DNA from: Escherichia phage AV116
Length of the DNA stretch: 64,000 nt
Sequence record: OR352946.1
Direction: 5' to 3' (one strand)
Shown: positions 37,031 to 46,333 of the stretch, piece by piece
Layout: every line of letters begins with the position of its first letter
Position numbering within the stretch: the stretch's first letter is position 1
Notes under the pieces: generated by a model
What the model was told of the DNA's origin: nothing
Database searches by the model: none
What the model saw: the letters and a program-made list of their open reading frames with translations, nothing else
Translations under genes and position numbers: made by a program

Positions 37031-37079
37031 GTTAACTCCTTTATTATCCAAAAGGAGGACCGGAGTCCTCCGTATTATT

Positions 37080-37673
37080 TTATTTCAAAGAGTTAATATA
37101 TTCTTGTACATCAGCAGAAGTGGTTTCGACACCAGCTGGAGTGCCATTGAACGTTTCAACACGAGTCAGAGTGTCTTCGATATCAACCTTAGTCAGTGCA
37201 GCGATTTCAATTACATCATCAGCCGTAGAGATACCAAGGGCATTAGCTGCTCGAGTTTCACGAATGTATTCGAGTTTGATTGCCAGATTCTGACGAGCAT
37301 CATCAAGTTCAACCACCTTACGAGCAATTTCAATTCGCATAGCGGCATACCCGTCAGCTTTTGTATTAAGTTGTTCGGCAGTTCGACGATACAGAAGACC
37401 AAGCTTAGCATGCATGGTAACATCTTGTCCTTCAGCCAAGAGCTTACGAATTTCACGTTCCTTAGAAGCGGCTTGCTTGTTCTTTTCATTAACAAGTTCG
37501 CGAATACGTTTTTCTTCATTAATAGATTTAACAGAAGCCGTTTTTAGTTCTTTGATTTGGGTAATCAACTTATCTGCAGCTGCGTTATACTGTTCTTCGA
37601 CAGTCAGATTTTTAGCCATAGCAGTACCCAGTTTAGTGCGGATGAATTCAACAAGTTTTTTCAGTGTGTTCAT
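37080..37673 (-). CDS. coiled-coil protein
   Basis: ATG at 37673 ([10 protein letters not shown]...); heptad-rich; promoter repeat copy B upstream. Confidence 0.5.
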   Translation of the reverse strand: MNTLKKLVEFIRTKLGTAMAKNLTVEEQYNAAADKLITQIKELKTASVKSINEEKRIRELVNEKNKQAASKEREIRKLLAEGQDVTMHAKLGLLYRRTAEQLNTKADGYAAMRIEIARKVVELDDARQNLAIKLEYIRETRAANALGISTADDVIEIAALTKVDIEDTLTRVETFNGTPAGVETTSADVQEYINSLK

Positions 37674-37697
37674 ATTATTACCTTTCAATTGGTGGTT

Positions 37698-37745
37698 TAT
37701 TATCCAATGAGAGCATTATACTCTGCTCTCAAGAGTTTGTAAATT
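37698..37745 (-). repeat. 48-nt exact repeat copy B (early promoter module)
   Basis: identical to 9891..9938. Confidence 0.85.
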
Positions 37746-37971
37746 ATTTTTTAATCAAATTGACATAAAACTCGGCGTCTTCCGGGTGCATGCCTTCACA
37801 GTATTCTTCAACCATGAACTTCTTAACGGCTTCATAAGGACCACTCAGATTAAGCTCAGTTGTCCAGAACTTGGAATCTTGGGCTGAATCGATATGAACT
37901 TCAGGGTGACGGTTGCGAATAACTTCTTCTGTGTATTCATAATCAACGACATCAATACTAACTTTAGCCAT
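37744..37971 (-). CDS. hypothetical acidic protein
   Basis: 75 aa ORF. Confidence 0.45.
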   Translation of the reverse strand: MAKVSIDVVDYEYTEEVIRNRHPEVHIDSAQDSKFWTTELNLSGPYEAVKKFMVEEYCEGMHPEDAEFYVNLIKK

Positions 37972-38003
37972 TTTATTTTCCTCTCATTTGATTTGATAGG
38001 TCT

Positions 38004-38032
38004 ATAGTAACACCGTCCTTGGTGTTTGTACA
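38004..38032 (-). promoter_or_regulatory. T4-type early promoter-like element
   Basis: minus strand TGTACA-N17-TACTAT. Confidence 0.45.
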
Positions 38033-38536
38033 TCATTTATTTTTAATTTTGCAAATTTTTCCAGCTTCAATGCACGCAGCATAGATGATGCTCTGGGCAA
38101 TTTTATTGCTAGTGGACCTTGCAATCACACTAAGAACAATTTCTTTTTCTTCACCACCACATCCCCAGCTATTTTGCCCATGTGTACCTTTAACTACGGC
38201 TGAAACTTCAACAGAACGTCCACCATCAGAAGTCTTAACATCCACAACCCAATCACCGTCTTTCTCATTAACCTGTGGTTTATCCCAAGAAATACTAATA
38301 TATGATTCGCCGTCAATAGAAGTCGCCGGGTTTTTCTCTACAGTAAGACCTTCGCTTTCTAACCATTCAATAGTATTTGAGCATAAATCTGTAGAACATC
38401 TCATCGGAAAGCGGCATGATTTTTCACCTTTAGATGCAGCGTCATACATCTTTTCCAAAATACGCTTTTGTACATTTTTAAAAACAACGTCACGCGATTC
38501 TTCAGATTTTTTATTCAGTTCAGTATAAAGACTCAT
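38033..38536 (-). CDS. hypothetical protein, 167 aa
   Basis: co-oriented ORF. Confidence 0.5.
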   Translation of the reverse strand: MSLYTELNKKSEESRDVVFKNVQKRILEKMYDAASKGEKSCRFPMRCSTDLCSNTIEWLESEGLTVEKNPATSIDGESYISISWDKPQVNEKDGDWVVDVKTSDGGRSVEVSAVVKGTHGQNSWGCGGEEKEIVLSVIARSTSNKIAQSIIYAACIEAGKICKIKNK

Positions 38537-38566
38537 AATGTTTTCCTCATTTGTTTTGATAGGTCT

Positions 38567-38595
38567 ATAGTATCATACCTCAAGGAGAAGTAAAC
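38567..38595 (-). promoter_or_regulatory. T4-type early promoter-like element
   Basis: minus strand GTTTAC-N17-TACTAT. Confidence 0.5.
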
Positions 38596-38673
38596 AACTT
38601 TGTGAAAAATTTATCTGCCCTAGATGCCCGAAAGCCCCAACCATAGGAAGGGGCTTAAGTGATTGTAACTTAA

Positions 38674-39300
38674 TTATTTACGGGTTTTTGCATACTGAGC
38701 AGCGTCAGCAGCCAAACGACCTGCCTGACGAAGTTTTTCTTTAATCTCATCGTGAAGTGGTTGAGTGTACTTCAAACCTTCAATAGTCAAATAAAGACGA
38801 TAAAGGTCTGGGGTATCAAGGTTGTTGATATGTTGGCCATTACGAAGACTGTTGAATTCACGAACGAGTGAAGATGTATCGGATTCAATATCACGAACAA
38901 GCGAAGATAGTTGTTTATATTTTTTTTCCAGGCTAGAAGTATCAAACTTAAGAGCAGGAGCTTTAGGAGTTGCTTTTACTTCCGGCTTAGGCTCAGGTTT
39001 TGCTACTGCTTTAGGGGTCGCAGGTTTAGGAGTGGTAGGAGCAGGTTTTACTTTAGGCGAACCAGATTTAGCAGAAACACCACCACTAACAATATCTTTG
39101 AATGCTTTAGAAGCTCTGTAATATTCTTTTTGGCTGGAAGTGTCGATACCGTACATGGCTTGAACGTTTTTGAAAAACTCTGTACTAGTTTTTGTACCAG
39201 AAATAGCATCGTAAGCAGCTTGCCACTTCTCTTTTGTCATACGTACACCGGCTTCGGTGATTACTTCCGTTTCGGCTAAAAATTCATTAAAAGTATACAT
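38674..39300 (-). CDS. internal protein-like basic protein with Pro/Lys/Thr-rich linker
   Basis: N-terminus MYTFNEFLAETEV resembles capsid-targeting sequence; PKVKPAPTTPKPATPKAVAKPEPKPEVKATPKAP low-complexity segment. Confidence 0.5.
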   Translation of the reverse strand: MYTFNEFLAETEVITEAGVRMTKEKWQAAYDAISGTKTSTEFFKNVQAMYGIDTSSQKEYYRASKAFKDIVSGGVSAKSGSPKVKPAPTTPKPATPKAVAKPEPKPEVKATPKAPALKFDTSSLEKKYKQLSSLVRDIESDTSSLVREFNSLRNGQHINNLDTPDLYRLYLTIEGLKYTQPLHDEIKEKLRQAGRLAADAAQYAKTRK

Positions 39301-39341
39301 TGATGGTCCTTAGAAAGTAGGTTTATTATTTACTATATTTA

Positions 39342-39373
39342 TACAAAAAAGCCCCAACCTTTCGGAAGGGGCT
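39342..39373 (-). terminator. rho-independent terminator-like hairpin
   Basis: AGCCCC..GGGGCT hairpin followed by UUUUUU on minus-strand RNA; same architecture as 24274..24303. Confidence 0.55.
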
Positions 39374-39383
39374 ATATACCTTG

Positions 39384-39680
39384 TCGGGGTTTCCACCTAC
39401 TAGATAAGTGTTTGTACGAAACGCCGGGATTCGAACCCGGTTATTAAGTAGTTGACGCTACTCAATATTTTTAAAAAGGCCATATCTCGACCGTATCCGA
39501 ACGTTCCGTCAAAAACGCTACTCGGCTTACGGCAAAGATATTTCCTCGAATCGATAATTCTGTGCGCCGTTTCTGCTGTGATGTAAGGGGATATTAACAA
39601 ATCGTAAAGATTTATTAAGACCAGTCCTTACTCAGGGAACATCAGTCCGACGACTTGCCGGTAGCGACCCGGCTTCTTGT
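39384..39680 (-). ncRNA. putative stable small RNA / tRNA-like region (positional analog of T4 RNA species 1/2)
   Basis: non-coding stretch next to tRNA-Arg containing canonical T-arm CCGGG-TTCGAAT-CCCGG (rc of 39427..39441) and GC hairpins; no complete cloverleaf could be folded by eye. Confidence 0.3.
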
Positions 39681-39681
39681 T

Positions 39682-39758
<77 letters not shown>

Positions 39759-39761
39759 TAA

Positions 39762-40427
39762 TTAAAATTTCATTTTTCGACCTTTAAACCATCCTTCTGG
39801 AATTGGGTCAGTTTTCTTAATACGTTTAGAAACTTTTTCATCTAATGAATGAATCCACATCATACCAAATTGGGAATTCTTTTCGCCCTGTTGATGTTTA
39901 TTTCTGGCGTGAGATTCTTTCATTTTATTAATAGTTTCAAGAGTATGGGTCTTACCCAAGAAAGATTTAGTATTTAAAAATTTCTCTCTATACTTAGGAT
40001 TATCCCAAAGCTGTTTAAACCTTTCTGAACCCATTTTACGATATTTTTCTTTAAGGTCTGGGTCGTTCTCAAATCTGGTTTTAAAAGCAGCAGCCCCTTT
40101 TAAGGAAGCTTCTTTCTTTTTATCCAAATATTCTTTAGTGTTTAAATGGTCCCAACCACCTTCACCACCTAATTTCAAATTATAAACATCAGGGCGCTTT
40201 AAAAACTCTTCAGTCACAATATTCTTTTCTGACTCAAACATAGAGGTTTTATCGTCAAAGAACTCTAATATTTCTTTAGAGAAATTTTCTATACCATACT
40301 TGTCTTGGGCTCTTTTTAATAATTTACCAGAACCCATATATCCATCATCTAAATTTTCGGTAGAATGGGCGCCTATATAGATTTTATTATTAATTTTATT
40401 TGTTATTTTATAAGTGTAATGGAACAT
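39762..40427 (-). CDS. segB: GIY-YIG homing endonuclease SegB-like
   Basis: canonical N-terminal GIY-YIG (HYTYKITNKINNKIYIGAH...GYMGSG); embedded between two tRNA genes as T4 segB. Confidence 0.75.
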   Translation of the reverse strand: MFHYTYKITNKINNKIYIGAHSTENLDDGYMGSGKLLKRAQDKYGIENFSKEILEFFDDKTSMFESEKNIVTEEFLKRPDVYNLKLGGEGGWDHLNTKEYLDKKKEASLKGAAAFKTRFENDPDLKEKYRKMGSERFKQLWDNPKYREKFLNTKSFLGKTHTLETINKMKESHARNKHQQGEKNSQFGMMWIHSLDEKVSKRIKKTDPIPEGWFKGRKMKF

Positions 40428-40468
40428 AAATATCTCCTATTTCTAAGAGTATTTATGTTCCCAAAATA

Positions 40469-40540
40469 TGGCCCTGGCTGGTTTCGATCCAGCTACCTAT
40501 CAGTTATGAGCTGACAGCTCTCCCATTGAGCTACAGGGCC
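40469..40540 (-). tRNA. tRNA with CAT anticodon (Ile-lysidine type or Met)
   Basis: hand-folded: acceptor GGCCCTG/CAGGGCC, D-arm GCTC-AATGGGA-GAGC, anticodon loop CTCATAA, T-arm GCTGG-ATCGAAA-CCAGC; CCA not encoded. Confidence 0.8.
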
Positions 40541-40636
40541 TAAATAACTTTCTATTATGAAAGGCACTTGAGGGAGCACCTTTGGTAATAGAGGGTAGAT
40601 TAATAATAACACATAATTCTTAAAGCAAATTACGTT

Positions 40637-40927
40637 TTACCGTACCATATTAATGTAGTTATATTCAATGCAACGTAATTTCAAAGGGTTCTTGAAAATA
40701 TCATATTCAAGAGGGCCTTTTTCTGTTTCAATAAAGAAATCAAAGTTAACTGTGTTAAATTTAACGTCTTCACAGAGTAATTTAACTTGTGAAGATGAAC
40801 GGTCGATATAAACCTTTTCAACCTCAAAGATAGTCAGAATACCGTAGTCATTAACCAGTGCTTTAGCTGCACGTTGGTCGCTTTCATATCCGTTCTCAAT
40901 GGACGATACTTTAGCATAAAGAATCAT
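40637..40927 (-). CDS. hypothetical protein
   Basis: 96 aa ORF. Confidence 0.45.
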   Translation of the reverse strand: MILYAKVSSIENGYESDQRAAKALVNDYGILTIFEVEKVYIDRSSSQVKLLCEDVKFNTVNFDFFIETEKGPLEYDIFKNPLKLRCIEYNYINMVR

Positions 40928-41286
40928 GAATGTTCCACCATTTCAAAGGTATGAGCATCAACAATATGATACCAGTCAAAATTTTCTTCCGCGTTTTTAT
41001 AAATTTCGCGAAGAGCTTCAACAGTTTTTCCTGTAGCAACAAGATCGTCAATACCACCAAGAGGATAACAGTAATAACCAGCAAACAGAAGGAAATTAAT
41101 AGTTTCTGTAGGTTCTGGATGCAGAACACCGTTATCATCTACCACTTCAAAGAAAGTGTAAGAAGGAGTACAAGTTTTAATCCAAGCCCATGCTTGGGCT
41201 GCTGAATCAAATGGTCTGCGTATCAAACGACAATCAGGGTCTTTAGAAGGATTTGCGTCAAAATCTGCATATACATGATATTTCAT
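40924..41286 (-). CDS. hypothetical protein
   Basis: 120 aa ORF. Confidence 0.45.
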   Translation of the reverse strand: MKYHVYADFDANPSKDPDCRLIRRPFDSAAQAWAWIKTCTPSYTFFEVVDDNGVLHPEPTETINFLLFAGYYCYPLGGIDDLVATGKTVEALREIYKNAEENFDWYHIVDAHTFEMVEHS

Positions 41287-41472
41287 TTACTCACCTTTTG
41301 CAATTTTATCCATAACGATAGCGATTAAGCCGATTAGAAATGCTACTACCAATGAGATAGAATTTTCTGTTGTTGTCAGTAGTCCACAAATGAATCCTAC
41401 AAACATCGAAAAACTAAAAGCCATTGAAGCAATTACTACAGCAACATTACGAATCAGTTCAGCGCGTTTCAT
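41287..41472 (-). CDS. small membrane protein
   Basis: ATG at 41472 (MKRAELIRNV...), two hydrophobic segments. Confidence 0.4.
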   Translation of the reverse strand: MKRAELIRNVAVVIASMAFSFSMFVGFICGLLTTTENSISLVVAFLIGLIAIVMDKIAKGE

Positions 41473-41520
41473 TTTATTTCTCCATTTACTCATTTGTTTT
41501 GATAGGACTACTATAACATA

Positions 41521-41549
41521 TCCCTATAGGCTTGTATACCTTTATTTCA
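41521..41549 (-). promoter_or_regulatory. T4-type early promoter-like element in hairpin
   Basis: minus strand GTATAC-N17-TTATAG. Confidence 0.45.
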
Positions 41550-41805
41550 AATATATTGCGTATTTTTTATAGCCACCAGGCTCGTGTCGAAGACCTTTAT
41601 CATTCGCAAAACGTTGAATGTTATTGAACTGATTTTCATCAAGTTCGGATGTGTCAAATACGAAAAAGTTTCGTTTGTTACCAAGCGTGATATGCGGAGT
41701 TAAGTCAATATTATACAAATTAAGAATATCAGCAATAACCTGATTGACCGCTTTGTTAATTTTCACACCAGATGATTCTGAGATGAATTCGTTGAAAGTT
41801 TTCAT
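41542..41805 (-). CDS. internal protein-like (capsid-targeting sequence)
   Basis: ATG at 41805 gives MKTFNEFISES. Confidence 0.5.
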   Translation of the reverse strand: MKTFNEFISESSGVKINKAVNQVIADILNLYNIDLTPHITLGNKRNFFVFDTSELDENQFNNIQRFANDKGLRHEPGGYKKYAIYLK

Positions 41806-41838
41806 TTTAGGTTCCATTTGGTTGTTTTGATAGGACTA

Positions 41839-41866
41839 CTATAACATAGTCCTATCGTGTTGTAAA
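41839..41866 (-). promoter_or_regulatory. T4-type early promoter-like element in hairpin
   Basis: minus strand TTTACA-N16-TTATAG flanked by GATAGGACTA/TAGTCCTATC. Confidence 0.45.
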
Positions 41867-42178
41867 TTATTTTATGCCTTTAGAAGAAATGGTATTTTGG
41901 CGTTTAACCCCTGTTTGTGAAAAATCGTGGTTATCGATTTGGTCGACTCGCATAACACCAAATGCAGATTTAATTTTAGCCTTTGAACCTTTTTTGATAC
42001 TAATTATCATATAAGTATCATTTTTCTTATATTCGAAATTTGTTACTTCAACGCCTTGATTAGAAATTGACTTAATAATAGCATTAGCGTATTCATCATC
42101 TAACGGACCGGTGGTGTTAATAATAAAATTTTTATCGGCTTTAGTAGCTTCAGCGATAAACTCTTGATAAGTTTTCAT
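41867..42178 (-). CDS. ipI: internal protein I-like (capsid-targeting sequence)
   Basis: N-terminus MKTYQEFIAEA; adjacent to 57B as T4 ipI. Confidence 0.6.
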   Translation of the reverse strand: MKTYQEFIAEATKADKNFIINTTGPLDDEYANAIIKSISNQGVEVTNFEYKKNDTYMIISIKKGSKAKIKSAFGVMRVDQIDNHDFSQTGVKRQNTISSKGIK

Positions 42179-42214
42179 TTGTTTTTTCCGTTTGGTTTGT
42201 GATTTGATATGATG

Positions 42215-42244
42215 ATAGTATCACACCATCATCCTTATGTAAAC
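42215..42244 (-). promoter_or_regulatory. T4-type early promoter-like element upstream of ipI
   Basis: minus strand GTTTAC-N18-TACTAT. Confidence 0.45.
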
Positions 42245-42257
42245 TGTTTTGTGAAAA

Positions 42258-42943
<686 letters not shown>

Positions 42944-42947
42944 TTTA

Positions 42948-43682
42948 TTACCTTAAGATTGTTTCAATTTTAGAATAAAGCTCTTCTAAAGAGCCGTCGT
43001 TTGTAATAACTAAATCGCCTTCTTCAATAGGCAACCCAGCTTCTGTAATATGTTTATCAGTGGATTCCGTACCAGAGCGAACCACATGAATAACTGTAGC
43101 ACCCATCGCTCTAGCGGTTTCCATTTCATGGACTTGACGTGTATCGGTTACAACATAGTAATCGAAATCACTTCCAATATAATCCATATAGTTTAATGCA
43201 AAAAGCTTAACCCAATACATACGGTCAAATAAATTAACGACAACATCCGTACCGAGGGCTTGCATAAGACGGCGGATTGACCATGTGTCGTTGATATTAT
43301 TTATAGCTTCACGCAGGGCTTCATATGGTTTAATATCTAGATACGAATATCCACCTTCTAACGATGATAATACTTTAACATTATTAATTGGTAAATATTG
43401 ACTTTGCAAATAAATTAGCGCTTCTTCCAATAATTCAATAACATCCAACTTATTGATATTTAATGGCGTTTCACGGTCATATCCGATACCTTCAAAGTAT
43501 TCGTATTTCAACTCTGTGAATACATCAGGATTTTCAGCATGCCTACGTCCCCAGGCTATTGCTAGAGAGTCTTTAATTGGATATGCTAATTGGTATTTTA
43601 CGGATTTAAAGTTTGAATTGATGTAATCAGCAGTAGTGTCTTTACCACTACGTTTGATGCCACTTAAAAAGATTAGCTCCAT
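42948..43682 (-). CDS. 1: deoxynucleoside monophosphate kinase gp1
   Basis: P-loop LSGIKRSGKDT; close match to remembered T4 gp1. Confidence 0.95.
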   Translation of the reverse strand: MELIFLSGIKRSGKDTTADYINSNFKSVKYQLAYPIKDSLAIAWGRRHAENPDVFTELKYEYFEGIGYDRETPLNINKLDVIELLEEALIYLQSQYLPINNVKVLSSLEGGYSYLDIKPYEALREAINNINDTWSIRRLMQALGTDVVVNLFDRMYWVKLFALNYMDYIGSDFDYYVVTDTRQVHEMETARAMGATVIHVVRSGTESTDKHITEAGLPIEEGDLVITNDGSLEELYSKIETILR

Positions 43683-43735
43683 AGGTTTTCCTCATATAAT
43701 TTATGAGTGATTATAACATACGGAGCTAGAAGCGA

Positions 43736-44320
43736 TTAACGCAAGGAAGGGTGTCTAGAAATGGATTTAGATTCGACCGCTTGACGTGGTTGTTGAGATA
43801 CAATGACTTCACCATCCTTTTCTATCGTCATATACGCATAGTGAATAGTTGCTACGCACGTAACGGCAGGGTCAGAATCTTCAGTGTAACTAAATTCAAT
43901 TTCACTCAAATCAGAAATCCATGGTTTATAGAAATTTGCCGTCAAAACTACTTCTGTCTTATTGTTATTTAAAATGTGCAAAGTAACAAACTCAGGACCA
44001 TCGGAGTGGGCCGTATTATGTCCGGTTATATAGTTATTAGTGCTGAGCATCCATTTATACATGTTCATCCAGGACGTCATGTCTTCATCAACTATAAATC
44101 GTACAACAAAAGGGTCATATTCAAATGTGGTGCCTGCACGCATTGCACGTCCTAACCCCATCGTGCCTGTCACAGTTTCAACAACAGGAATTCTCACACC
44201 TGGCAACGGTGCCGTTTGGGCATTGAGCACAAAACCTGAAGTTCGTGTACTATCTGGGATATCCACAACAAAGTTTGTTATATTTGTTTGGTTAAAAATC
44301 TGTCTCGTTGGACGAGTCAT
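43736..44320 (-). CDS. 3: tail completion / sheath stabiliser gp3
   Basis: ATG at 44320 (MTRPTRQIFNQTNITNF...) with GAGGTG SD; resembles T4 gp3. Confidence 0.85.
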   Translation of the reverse strand: MTRPTRQIFNQTNITNFVVDIPDSTRTSGFVLNAQTAPLPGVRIPVVETVTGTMGLGRAMRAGTTFEYDPFVVRFIVDEDMTSWMNMYKWMLSTNNYITGHNTAHSDGPEFVTLHILNNNKTEVVLTANFYKPWISDLSEIEFSYTEDSDPAVTCVATIHYAYMTIEKDGEVIVSQQPRQAVESKSISRHPSLR

Positions 44321-44422
44321 AAGCACCTCAAAAACGCTTTAATAAAAATGCAGTATAATGGTTTTAGGTCTCTTCCATTAATCTGGTTCAACAGAATATC
44401 AGAAGAACGGAAGAGAATAGAA

Positions 44423-45244
44423 TTAAGATTTCCAAACAGTATTCGCAGAGAAACGTTTTCCTTTTGACATAAACTGCTGAGTAGGTAACATGATTATGTT
44501 AGCCCAGTCTTTAGGAGCTATTTCTGTTATTGTTCCTCTAATGTGGCCTGGCAGGTATGCTTTAATCATTTTGTCAGCACCTTGAAATCCTTTCACCTTG
44601 CTCCAGTCTATCTTCAACTTTGTGTTATTAGTAATAGTAGTTGTGCTAGCATATTGCTTCAGCAATTCTTCAAGAAACTGTTGTCGTGCTTTAGGTGGGA
44701 TATAGTGCAAGTTTAACCCATACATCAAATTATGTTTACCTAATCCTAAATAAATAATCAAAGGATAACGGTCCCAGTATGGCAGAGTATCTTTATGTTT
44801 AGCATCATACACGTAAGTATAAATTTTGCCTGGCGTAGGCTTGACTACTTTATGACCTTTTACACTTTTCTTAATTGTTTCAACAAACCACTTAGATGAT
44901 TTGTTGTTTACTGCTGCGCCTTCATTTCTAATCTTTTCTCGTATTGAACTGCGAAACGAGTTTATCATCAGAAGTTGACGTTCTTGCTTATTGAGTTTAT
45001 TTTTAGGTTTAGATTCAAGCGTTTCAATTTTCTGTGCAGTCTTAATAGATGATGCATATCTAGACATTGCAGATGTAAACGACGAGTATTTTATTCCTTT
45101 TGATTCTGCAAATGCTTTTGCAGTGATTCCTTTCTCTTTAGCTTTCTTGTATTCTAATCCTATCTCAATCCATTTTCTTTCATTCATAGACTGAGCAATC
45201 TTAGGGGCTTGTGCGCCTTCAGATATAATTTGGAATATGCTCAT
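44423..45244 (-). CDS. 2: DNA end protector gp2
   Basis: 273 aa basic protein; synteny 3-2-4. Confidence 0.85.
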   Translation of the reverse strand: MSIFQIISEGAQAPKIAQSMNERKWIEIGLEYKKAKEKGITAKAFAESKGIKYSSFTSAMSRYASSIKTAQKIETLESKPKNKLNKQERQLLMINSFRSSIREKIRNEGAAVNNKSSKWFVETIKKSVKGHKVVKPTPGKIYTYVYDAKHKDTLPYWDRYPLIIYLGLGKHNLMYGLNLHYIPPKARQQFLEELLKQYASTTTITNNTKLKIDWSKVKGFQGADKMIKAYLPGHIRGTITEIAPKDWANIIMLPTQQFMSKGKRFSANTVWKS

Positions 45245-45246
45245 AA

Positions 45247-45696
45247 TTACCCCTTGTATCCGAGTTTTCTAAGTCCGTCTTCGGTTAGAACTCGAAATTT
45301 TATATTTCTCTTTTCAGCAACAGCTGAGGCAGCTTTCCATTTGTCACAGTTCACAGACCAGGTATATATTTCATTCATATAACGTTTCTTTGCTGCGGTC
45401 GTAAGATTTGCGGGCTTAATAGGTGGCTGAGTTTCTTTCTTTGGTTTTATTTCTACAAAAAACTCTTGACCTGATGCATCTTTCATCCATATGTCCATAT
45501 AGTATCGACGTTTCTTACCTTCAGCATTACAAAAATATGGAATTACTGCTGTTTCACTACCCCATGCAATAATTTCTGGATTTTTATCCAACCATTCGAA
45601 AAAGAATTTTTCCCAGTTTGAACGATACGTTATTTTGGTATGGTCTCCACGGTATTTTTTTAAATTTTTTGGGACCCATTTACCAGAGTAGGCCAT
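45247..45696 (-). CDS. 4: head completion protein gp4
   Basis: 150 aa from ATG at 45696 ([12 protein letters not shown]...) with GGAGGA SD; track ORF is N-terminally over-extended. Confidence 0.85.
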   Translation of the reverse strand: MAYSGKWVPKNLKKYRGDHTKITYRSNWEKFFFEWLDKNPEIIAWGSETAVIPYFCNAEGKKRRYYMDIWMKDASGQEFFVEIKPKKETQPPIKPANLTTAAKKRYMNEIYTWSVNCDKWKAASAVAEKRNIKFRVLTEDGLRKLGYKG

Positions 45697-45707
45697 GTTG
45701 TCCTCCT

Positions 45708-45730
45708 TATAAATAGTATTATTATTTATA
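45708..45730. promoter_or_regulatory. divergent pair of late promoters (TATAAATA) for gene 53 (+) and gene 4 (-)
   Basis: TATAAATA at 45708..45715 on plus strand and at 45723..45730 on minus strand. Confidence 0.6.
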
Positions 45731-45757
45731 CCAATTTCATATTGGAAGGAGACTATC

Positions 45758-46333
45758 TTGTTATTTACATTCTTCGACCCAATAGGATATAGTGCTAAAA
45801 CAGTTAATAAGAATGCACCTACTATTCCTATGACAGACATATTTCGTAACTATAAAGAGTACTTTAAGCGTGTGGCTGCCAATTATAGATTACGTTCTTA
45901 TTACATTAAAGGCTCTCCACGTCCTGAAGAACTAGCGAATATCATTTATGGCAACCCGCAATTATACTGGGTTCTTTTGATGTGCAACGATAACTACGAC
46001 CCGTATTATGGTTGGATTACATCTCAGGAAGCAGCGTATCAAGCTTCTATTCAGAAATATGCTAATGCAGGCGGCGACCAAATTCTTTACCATATTAATG
46101 AGAACCGTGAGAAATTTTACAATTTAGTTTCATATCCAGACGAGCCTTTAGTGTGGTATGATAAAGGTGATGAAGCTCGTAAGTATCCGCAATATAAAGG
46201 ACCTTTAGCTGCAGTAGATACTTATGAAGCGGCAGTATTAGATAATGAAAAACTTCGTAAAATAAAAATTGTTGCAAAAGAAGATATAAACTCGTTTATC
46301 ACAGATTTGATTCGTGAGATGGAGATTGCATAA
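45758..46333 (+). CDS. 53: baseplate wedge protein gp53
   Basis: 191 aa; near-identical to remembered T4 gp53 over most of its length. Confidence 0.95.
   Translation: MLFTFFDPIGYSAKTVNKNAPTIPMTDIFRNYKEYFKRVAANYRLRSYYIKGSPRPEELANIIYGNPQLYWVLLMCNDNYDPYYGWITSQEAAYQASIQKYANAGGDQILYHINENREKFYNLVSYPDEPLVWYDKGDEARKYPQYKGPLAAVDTYEAAVLDNEKLRKIKIVAKEDINSFITDLIREMEIA

Noticed and set aside
37080-37673. Possible PspA/ESCRT-III-like identity of the coiled-coil protein
   Set aside because: Only generic coiled-coil character is shared; no convincing alignment to PspA could be made by eye, so called simply a coiled-coil protein.
37029-37710. Plus-strand ORFs (37029..37547, 37414..37710) and alternative minus frame 37211..37519 overlapping the coiled-coil gene
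   Set aside because: Overlapping or antisense frames within 37080..37673; no independent start signals.
39400-39600. 66-aa minus-strand ORF in the tRNA-adjacent region
   Set aside because: Lies in a structured non-coding stretch (T-arm hairpin, terminator) beside tRNA-Arg; no SD; more likely stable RNA than protein.
40911-41138. 75-aa minus-strand ORF overlapping 40924..41286 in another frame
   Set aside because: Fully nested in the longer co-oriented ORF; leucine/isoleucine-rich translation typical of out-of-frame AT-rich sequence.
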